IMG/VR virus record: IMGVR_UViG_3300008262_000008 | DNA: 64,000 bases | DNA from: a virus | Reading direction: 5' to 3' (one strand) | Shown: piece after piece, positions 60,101 to 64,000 of the stretch | Layout: the number at the start of each line of letters is the position of its first letter | How positions within the stretch are numbered: position 1 is the stretch's first letter | Notes under the pieces: model-generated | Told to the model about the DNA's origin: nothing | The model's input: only the letters and a program-made list of their open reading frames with translations | Database searches by the model: none | Translations under genes and position numbers: made by a program

Positions 60101-63100
60101 AGATTCATCCACTCTGATTACATATAAGGTAATGTTGCCAGCTGGAATAGGATCTAGAGGAATTACACCTACAGGTACTGTATAACGAACTTCTGTGCCT
60201 GTAACAAATGAGTGCTTTCCAATAGTAATTGTATTGCTTAAAATATCAACAACTTGGGATGAAGATCCATCAAATGAAACTGATGGTAAGACACTTTCAG
60301 AACTAATTACTGAAGCTCTAACTTTTGAAGTTTGACCAACAATAGTACGTCCTAAATCAGGAATAACCCCTGCAATATTCTCAATCCAAATTTCGGATTG
60401 GAATACCTTATCAATTTCAATCTGAACGTATTTTACAGTTGTCGCAGGTTGTGGAGGATCTGAAAATACAATACCTTGAACAGTTTTGGTAATTGTTTGA
60501 TTGGGATTATCAGGATCAGGTTCTGTAATTTGTAGACCATTAACAATTGTATATGCTTTTCCAGGAGCTTGAACAATTCCATTTAAACTAATCAAAAGTT
60601 TATCAGCACTAACAATTGAATTTGTACCATTAATTGTTAATGGGAATGCAGTTCTAGTTCCATCAAATAAACTAGAAATATCATCAAATTCTTGAACAGT
60701 TGAAGTAATAATTTGTTCAGATGAAGTAAGTCTCTTACTTCTGAATATAACAACCGAATTGTCAAATTCACTATATCTTGGTTCTACAATAGCAAATGAT
60801 TCTACAGTATTGAGGTCTGCAATTTCACCAACACTTACACTTCTAGTAACTTCAATTGAAGGATCATTTTTTCTAGTTTCTTGTACACTATCTAAGACTA
60901 GTTCTCCAAAAACTTGGAATCCAGCTGGATGAGTGTTTTTCTTTATGCTATCTCTCCACTTAGAAATTACAACTTTACTCTTAATAGCATAGGAGAAATT
61001 TTGATAATAATAACTATCTTGTAATCTTTGAATAATTTCACTTGGTTTTCCAGTATCATCTGCAAATTTTCCAGATGTTTGTGTTACCGCATTGATATTT
61101 AAAACACCTCTAGCTCTAGAGATATTATCAATAATTCCACTAGACTTCGATACTAATCCTGTTACTTTTTGCCCTTCAATGAATTCACCGCTATAATTTT
61201 CTAACTTTAGAAGTCTTGGACCAGTTTGCCAACCATTATTTTTAGATACATATCCAAATGCAGTTTGTTCAGATAATGAATTGCCCTGATATACATATTC
61301 ATCAGATAAAAATCTAGCTGTTTCAACTATAGCTTCTGCTGTTCCACCAAAACTTTCTGTGAATATAATTAATCTTCCATTTCCACTATTAATTAATGTA
61401 ATTGCATCTCCAATTTCAGCTCCTTGTGGAGTTAATGCTATTTTTAGTTGATCTGCATCTAAAGAATTTTCAGATCCTGCAATTGCATAATATGTCTGAG
61501 TTGTAGATAATCTACCAAAACTTGATAATGGCAATTCTGGAGTTCCAATAGTTGTAGTTCCTTCAACGGCAGCAAAAGATATTTCTGCACCATTTGGAAT
61601 TCCATGAGGTGATGAGAATTGTAAGTAATTTAGATCAACGTTAACTACAAATGTGAAAGAAGATTTAAGTGCAACATCTGGAGCTGATGAATATCCAGTT
61701 CCAGGATTCTTGATTTCAATTGCAGAAATTCTGCCATTTTTAATAACAGCTTCAGCTTCTGCTCCCACTCCTCCACCACCTGTAATAATAACAGCAGGTG
61801 CAACAGTATATCCACTACCAGGGTCAGTTACATTGATTGATCTTAAAATACTTGTATTTAATAACTGTAAGTTTACAGGGAAGTTAATCTCTGGTTTTAA
61901 TGTATAATCATGAGAGTAATCAAATCCAAAGTTATTATTTTTTAATTTTTTAATTTTTCCAATATTAGTACCCTTCAAATATAATGAAGATCCCGATCCT
62001 CTAGGTGGAATAATTACATTAATTTTTCCACCACCACCTTGTAATTGTGGTCCTAAAATACCATCAATACCTTCAATATCAATTGATCCAAATGTATAAC
62101 CTTTTCCAGCACTAGTTAAAGATGCTGAGGTGATCTTACCAGTTTCATTTCCAGGTTCTCCTTCCAAGGTAACTTCAAGTTCAATAAATCCACCAACTCC
62201 GTCACCAATAATAGGAATCTTTGTATATACACCAGGTTCATATTCAGTTCCTTGATTTTCAATTTGTATTCTTTCAATGGTTCTTACTGCGCTAATATCT
62301 GTAACGACTGGTAATTTCTTATAAAATCCTCCAGGACTTACAAATTCAATATCTGCAATTGGACCATCAGCTGTTGTTGAAGTAGTGACATATGAAGTAT
62401 TTTCTGCAATAGCAGGACCTTCTGGTTCAAAAGGTAATTCAATCGAGAATTTATAATCACCACTGGTAACAGTTCCACCAGAAGTAGAATAAACTTTAAA
62501 TTTGCCTGCATATGGAGTTGATCTCACAATTGCATATGCATTTTCAGTAACTGGAGATTCATCTCCCAGGTGTGAAGGATCAAAATAATATGTAATACTA
62601 GACGCTAAGTTATCCACTTTAAAGGTCACTTTTGGTGAACTTCCAGCAGCATCAATACCAGGAGTTCCAATTCTAATAATATTGTTGAATGAATATTCAA
62701 TTCTGTTTAAACTATCTCTTGAGAAAGATAGGAAATAACCTAAATTTGATGGATGACTTAAATCGAAGTTGTATTGATGACCATAGATAAAATTAAGTAC
62801 AGGAGACTTTGCGTAAATAATAATTCCACTAGCAGCTGCAGGATTAGATGTTGCATCTGCTGGTAAATTAAATGTGAAACTTCTACTTGAAATAATATCA
62901 TTAACTGAAAAACTTCCATCATATTCACTTGGAGAACCTACGCTCCCATTACCTTCAATAAAGATAATATTATCTCTATTCAAATAGTGTGCTGTTTGAG
63001 TACCAACATAAACTTGATTAGTAGCAGAAATTCCAGATGGAATAATTCTAATAATTTTATCTACAGTTGTAATAACTGTGATGTTCTTAACAAGTCCTAA

Positions 63101-64000
63101 TCCAGATATAGTTAAAGTTGTTTTTTCTGTACCAGCAGGACTGGTATTCAATGAAATCTGAGTTACATCTAGAGAAATTAGAGAATTTTTAAAGTAATTA
63201 GATGTTGTTTGAGTTCCAATATATTCCCAAGTTATAGTGCCATCAGCAGCAGTACCTGATACATGTGTTGGAGCAGTAGATCCTGATGTTCCAGATACTG
63301 TAGAGCGATATACTAGTCCAGTAGTAGTATTCTTAACATACTGATCTGCCGAATAAGATGTATTACCAGTCCAATTTGTTACACTGTATAATTCATTAAT
63401 TAAAATATAATAAATTCCTTCAGCAAAATCCTTAAATCTTGCAGCATCATCATTTGGAATTTTTAGAGTAAATGTTCCTGCAGTACCAACTCCAGGAGTT
63501 ACTGTTGTTGTTGCAGAAGTGGTTGTTAAACTCCAAAATACGGTTGATTGATTTGCAACTTCATATACTCTTTCTCCTGCAACAAATAGACCATTGTAAT
63601 TTTCAACAACTAGTGTCCTTGTTCCAGAGTTCCAAGAAGTAACTACAGCGGTCGATCCGCTGGTAGCACCTTTTACCTTGTTACCAACAGTAAAGTCACC
63701 AGTTCCACCTGCTTGGAAATTTAGTTGCGTTTTAAAACTATAAAGTCTATATTCTTTAATTTCATTTACATCATTAATATTATCTGAAACTAACTCTGAT
63801 AACTCAGTTATAGTTGTTTGATCACTAAAATTAGTTGCATCAGTATTATATGCTACGTACACATACTTATTTACAGTATCTACTTTTGTAATAACTGCAT
63901 TCTGAGTTTTTAATCCAGTTGCATATACCTTTTCAGAAATAGTTGCACCTGGAGTAAAGTTTGCAGATTGATTTAATGTAAATCTCTTAACATTTCTAAA
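48182..64000 (-). CDS. gp7: Giant baseplate-wedge-initiator-like (gp7-type) virion protein, >5270 aa, 5' end outside the window
   Basis: The frame stays open for 46 more codons past the GTG at 63862 to the window edge (FRNVKRFTLNQ...). It contains LQDSYYYQNFSYAIKS...THPAGFQVFGE and FDGTRTAFPL/NGIVQAPG modules, a LamG-like domain and helical C-x-R-D repeats; position upstream of gp8. Confidence 0.78.
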   Translation of the reverse strand, partial: FRNVKRFTLNQSANFTPGATISEKVYATGLKTQNAVITKVDTVNKYVYVAYNTDATNFSDQTTITELSELVSDNINDVNEIKEYRLYSFKTQLNFQAGGTGDFTVGNKVKGATSGSTAVVTSWNSGTRTLVVENYNGLFVAGERVYEVANQSTVFWSLTTTSATTTVTPGVGTAGTFTLKIPNDDAARFKDFAEGIYYILINELYSVTNWTGNTSYSADQYVKNTTTGLVYRSTVSGTSGSTAPTHVSGTAADGTITWEYIGTQTTSNYFKNSLISLDVTQISLNTSPAGTEKTTLTISGLGLVKNITVITTVDKIIRIIPSGISATNQVYVGTQTAHYLNRDNIIFIEGNGSVGSPSEYDGSFSVNDIISSRSFTFNLPADATSNPAAASGIIIYAKSPVLNFIYGHQYNFDLSHPSNLGYFLSFSRDSLNRIEYSFNNIIRIGTPGIDAAGSSPKVTFKVDNLASSITYYFDPSHLGDESPVTENAYAIVRSTPYAGKFKVYSTSGGTVTSGDYKFSIELPFEPEGPAIAENTSYVTTSTTADGPIADIEFVSPGGFYKKLPVVTDISAVRTIERIQIENQGTEYEPGVYTKIPIIGDGVGGFIELEVTLEGEPGNETGKITSASLTSAGKGYTFGSIDIEGIDGILGPQLQGGGGKINVIIPPRGSGSSLYLKGTNIGKIKKLKNNNFGFDYSHDYTLKPEINFPVNLQLLNTSILRSINVTDPGSGYTVAPAVIITGGGGVGAEAEAVIKNGRISAIEIKNPGTGYSSAPDVALKSSFTFVVNVDLNYLQFSSPHGIPNGAEISFAAVEGTTTIGTPELPLSSFGRLSTTQTYYAIAGSENSLDADQLKIALTPQGAEIGDAITLINSGNGRLIIFTESFGGTAEAIVETARFLSDEYVYQGNSLSEQTAFGYVSKNNGWQTGPRLLKLENYSGEFIEGQKVTGLVSKSSGIIDNISRARGVLNINAVTQTSGKFADDTGKPSEIIQRLQDSYYYQNFSYAIKSKVVISKWRDSIKKNTHPAGFQVFGELVLDSVQETRKNDPSIEVTRSVSVGEIADLNTVESFAIVEPRYSEFDNSVVIFRSKRLTSSEQIITSTVQEFDDISSLFDGTRTAFPLTINGTNSIVSADKLLISLNGIVQAPGKAYTIVNGLQITEPDPDNPNQTITKTVQGIVFSDPPQPATTVKYVQIEIDKVFQSEIWIENIAGVIPDLGRTIVGQTSKVRASVISSESVLPSVSFDGSSSQVVDILSNTITIGKHSFVTGTEVRYTVPVGVIPLDPIPAGNITLYVIRVDESRIKLANTYANALGGVGIDITTLGTNRLGKTTDHTITNLNGITKLTVSNYVPSTQTGYDEFIELEEIRASSTGLIATISRIQNLNHPSIGRYRNASELIVANKDEVVKEAFADQQSYIFANYPDFVYPGAPTNSYRFKDGYRLIQANRQEIIDTASARIQTQFPTFTFGADPGSTVGIEPLVSNRYLDAKNLILANRAEILDRSLAEIAVQYPDFYYPGDVQSDTHSRFNDAYRLIQQNRDEIADRSIAEIATQYPDFVFPGDQTTDAQSRFNDAYRLIQQNKDEILDKSLAQVAIEHPDFVFPGDPQSNSSSRFNDAYRLIQQNRDEIADRSLAEIAVQFEDFYFPGDTRSDTHSRFNDAYRLIQLNKTEIVLTAWNNMLNVYPAAAATELKCKRDIGYFVDAVSLDVFLEGNKYTRQFVLQYFNNGVPIINGLVGEELASVEAFNQARTLMKRALTNQLTIKDLTITPDPDTGSNTNTNSCANVRTLIDNLSLIATTALGSGSISSLPSENAGQYNVNELKCRRDIGHFIDAVSLDIFLEGNKYSRKFVEQYFSATTTPITNGIQDEEDQAIVAFNMARDMMKSAITNQLYVKDLSLTPDPLIGSNQSPQSCANVRTSIDNLTNLITTTLIARDLNLLPIENAGSYQTNELKCRRDLGYLVDAVSLDVFMLGNKYTRKFAQQYFVNGQPLTNGLLGEYAQSISAFNQARNMMKKAVTNQLYVKDLTLTADSATNSNVSIDSCANVQSAIDTLIGVITTVFGTGGIESLPTENSGSYVAGKSKCLRDIKYFIDAISLDVFLENNKYSRKFVLQYFNKGTPISNGLVGETAQSVVSFNMARDMMKKAVTNQLYTKDLTLTEDPLTQSNVSPNSCANVRTAIDTLTAIVTTAISTSSVATLPSEGTSSFNTGENKCRRDIGYIVDAIASDIGIGGNASTITATKAYFNTAGTTLISNGVNGEVDQSVVAFNMARDMMKKAATNQLYNKDLSISAGPAVEGVGDVLESNLQSGNPNACTDVQSTISTLVLILTSTLQAGTLTALPELQSPSVLAAKAKCKRDIGYIVDAISQDLYDGNNINTITAIKAYFTSQGALITNGVLGEQTQSVYAFNQARDLMIQAVTNQLGFKDLNITADPATGSNTSATSCANVRSTITTLSLYLTTALTNGNLNGLPGTIISNSPYSPGELKCKRDMGYITTALAADISSGGNSNIWDNTKYYFTADGSPLANGLVGEEVQSIYGFQKVAYWAGQAANNQLTVKDLSIIADPSPEQGNSSNTNPFGCTDVRNSLSTLVTILTTCIQQANLSSLPLRNPGNWSDVTNPSTIFTKDETVLNLNGKDALVEDSNVTIFALDPCVINGTTPITYIAQNGTTQQGFGSTTIKLPSSTTTGIVTGQNGVNADAANGLRLNSTFIAQEALGYVKAKYPDLVIPVSDQTCARDIGYVISAIADDLEYGGNYRIIESTEAYYRGSTLVHINNQLEETIDAFNYARNLAIAAMRSWKVKLNVIRNGTSTITLVDQSTVNVIEGMTVTGTGIPNNTKVFKIIDSTKVQLTTSVPSGSGNLDFVMQSGKYYTDSAPISQPVGAPFPNLGVPDDDTNPSCASQASAIATSMAILTNGLANGLETLPNVSYPPTRPLIVVGAEVSGPGIDEDTKVVEVISFTEIVVNKPCLNTTGLPISFRQIDDRLVLSKITGTPQNPNGLFALVSGDYIYGKSSGQIVKITALGAYRDPVTGIPVNDGAPLQINSGTTFNGLVFNRIVDPENPNVVVDDISESSAKLVDINDDTVSVNTNFIEYQSIEDNVIEYTALNANNFEMDETITSIKLSVNGKTGNFTEGETLYSSKLSYKNISGLTYFPVIGGSSKIYGLTSGAETTLLNSDPSVRTIYTGPITGSFTLGETISNWKINVNGSTSRLNTTFFKFGSASLRTLGSSDWVYINDTEKFNLGSGNWTTECWIYPTTAATQTFLDFRNSGSDAGALTILRNSTGTITVRYNATDWTTTATASLNSWSHVAVVKNNTQVQIYVNGVGVATSFSDTRTYANRPLTIGNSYQNVSTGFTGYIDDLRISTNARYTNNFAVPSSEFVQDSYTLVLFNFNGTNNSNIILPTSYTTAEVSEKITVPILAKQVINAQNIVYTDAFDSSLNSYREAADVILKNSLFISEEASNELKYYYEDFQIPGDVGNNLSGTSTCRRDLQLLITAVAQDLSSGGDYYSISAAKAYISSNEQIRYLYQPGEAQQFGVGQLLQSLHAHFFVRDLCKKAVLNTLVDYDAQFTLERPISTLGTNIESDADAIASRIDYLWGVINDVLAPTAQRYRDACNLLWFNRDFIAKEAVAYTISQFKYTLNNVQYNALTFPSGAAGQSKCERDMKLLIDAVILDLLTGGQGYTIDGLKFYLADGVSITSVKNELLPTIVTLQKIKELAQKVINNEIYTAQYQTVTPISYPVRDYTITNDVGGCANVKSAIATLYDIMIAFLRPAGQNYQDASKLALYNKEYIVSETHKFITNTYTTLNLSASEITNAKAALDDYVDALVYDLLTNGNSGIVNYVSAYLNSSGTAVTSFIYKNVTATNAAYNKARDYTISAINETLVSPSPLTTFYAYTDPNISVSAGPTTKVTAETLILTSTLSSPQYLALNVTKTYGVSLPSPNYGTRILPNPVIGGITLGNYVYGQSSGSIAEVTSIIERTAKVKKIYTRIPVEFDVENSPVEAEFTNEEITNTTQSGTAEIYGYEVVNNTLFLDVIITSGAFDVDDIIEGNVSGSIATVLVGSTNRLKLIDISSQIEDGEYFTGLTSGADATLDQSLYNSAPIISNTGGKLTLDTENIEGYFYESQTVNSSDNEVIITVVEEGQTVSLTAGDTVISGKINKMTVDVDQSLADFDIGDSISLIDEISETKTGDESTIVGINETEYAEAYFENGISGTFAENDFVKLLDSQSQEVANAYVTSWNPTTNVLNLDNLVEITAGRLFAVRSIVVGDSPTINYGTVTKLSRRVEFYHTDTQNTVLPINSPNTEIGIDGTHIDASNLLISNKDFIAKEVSGYIKSQYPDFEFPGTPASQSDYSPSSSVSRFKDASNLIYANSDYIIEETTGYIKATYPDFMYPGTPTSQDYWLPSSSVNRFKDAGTLIKKNRQYIIDTTINNLIAAYPTFVFPNNDQTKCRRDLGYVIDAIANDLYDGGNANIYDATIAYFDQATGGLLSNGLVGELTQSIYAFNQVRDLCKLAITNNLPTTDLTITADPSTGSNTNTNSCSNVQSAITSLTAILTGILTDGSLINLPKRNVGTWTTGENKCKRDLEYFIKGVANDLYDGGNQNTRTNTLYYFSNATTLLTNGLAGEVTQSVAAFNYARDLMKAAITNTLPTGTYTGLTPVQDLTISADPTTGSNQNSSSCTQVQSAITTLTAIMTTALNAGNTSSVPTETVGTWSTNEVKCERDIKYWIDAIAHNVRYGGNSKVVNSALYYYDAVTGTFITNGIAGEESQSIAGLTYLKTLLPYVINNIPVPTSYQNARHELANYYAAVDQVFNDEVLYDDAYPTAYNINSCATVRSTINTLVDLYISILTDYANVPSTITYTTFDKGALIANKNTTTQNVIGKATIVSLEEVYNNQYSYATINKVVLVGSTKQLFLTSVVGNFNDYCRITSSGGYVSYNSKTTQVLGKVDRYFRGFDGVQTTFDLTYNNGIQYFPNTEGYVLIFVNGILQQPGISYITFSDKITFYEAPQFGSSFVGTYLGKLRILDDISFEFDSLRSSFNLKRNNSFYSLTVTEGSSALTKPDNNIIVSMNGVIQKAGEGYDLSGSRINFTEVPRTGSQFIGFAYIGSDADVVQDVVVPEVETDDILSIEGETEDRTVAVIESSNSLVTYNYDGPVYGKSAVLTAVISKGLISETQISAGGSGYTSRPEVVVTSTGGFDGQLKALVGVSSVNLVDGGYGYRDPEVIAATVELPNSTLLLGTGNVFGDFGLDEE
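49400..51022 (-). repeat. Second cluster: 3 A-type units followed by 3 B-type units
   Basis: HIDASNLL/RFKDASNLI/RFKDAGTLI, then TKCRRD (50605), NKCKRD (50209) and VKCERD (49789). Confidence 0.9.
53800..54340 (-). other. LamG/concanavalin-like lectin domain within the giant protein
   Basis: WTTECWIYP, WSHVAVVK...QIYVNG, FTGYIDDLRIS...RY motifs of Laminin_G_3-type domains. Confidence 0.8.
56150..58930 (-). repeat. Tandem array of 7 B-type units (130-142 aa)
   Basis: KCxRD(I/L/M)xYxxxAxxxD...GN...NG...(S/A/G)C(A/T)(N/D)V; first-Cys codons at 58924, 58534, 58141, 57751, 57361, 56935 and 56536. Confidence 0.92.
58925..59833 (-). repeat. Tandem array of 7 A-type units (43-49 aa; 129-nt period for A3-A7)
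   Basis: R(F/Y)xDAxxLIxxNxxEIxxxxxxxIxxxxPDFxxPG; unit starts at about 59833, 59698, 59551, 59422, 59293, 59164 and 59035. Confidence 0.92.

Noticed and set aside
63860-63862. GTG start given by the ORF track for the giant protein
   Set aside because: The frame is open without stops to base 64000, so the true start lies outside the window.
1-64000. Photosynthesis or bilin auxiliary genes (psbA, psbD, hli, pebS, pcyA, ho1, cpeT), integrases, transposases, rRNA
   Set aside because: No supporting motifs were found in this window.

Overview
This window comes from a T4-like cyanomyovirus (Kyanoviridae-like) genome, and every credible gene is on the minus strand. The left ~11.8 kb is the replication/recombination module: dam (partial), gp44, gp45, a MoxR/CobS-like AAA ATPase with its vWA-metallopeptidase partner, tRNA-Ala(TGC), gp46, gp47, gp55, uvsW and uvsY. 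It is driven by sigma70-type promoters. The rest is the late virion module under NATAAATA late promoters: gp3, gp23, gp22, gp21, gp20, gp19, gp18, gp17, small/internal proteins, gp16-gp13, a 2027-aa fibre, a 2404-aa DUF4815-type protein, gp8, a YHYH-domain protein and a >5270-aa gp7-like giant protein that runs off the right edge. Main observations: (1) The giant protein carries 13 helical domains with a C-x-R-D motif and other segments that resemble phycobiliprotein (globin-fold, bilin-binding) subunits. (2) These domains are encoded as matched, nested half-domain arrays (7 A then 7 B; 3 A then 3 B). (3) The essential portal gene g20 has lost ~89 conserved codons in an out-of-frame deletion. 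(4) T4 internal-protein-like capsid-targeting peptides occur in the gp16-gp17 cluster. All family assignments come from motif recognition by eye; no database search was run.
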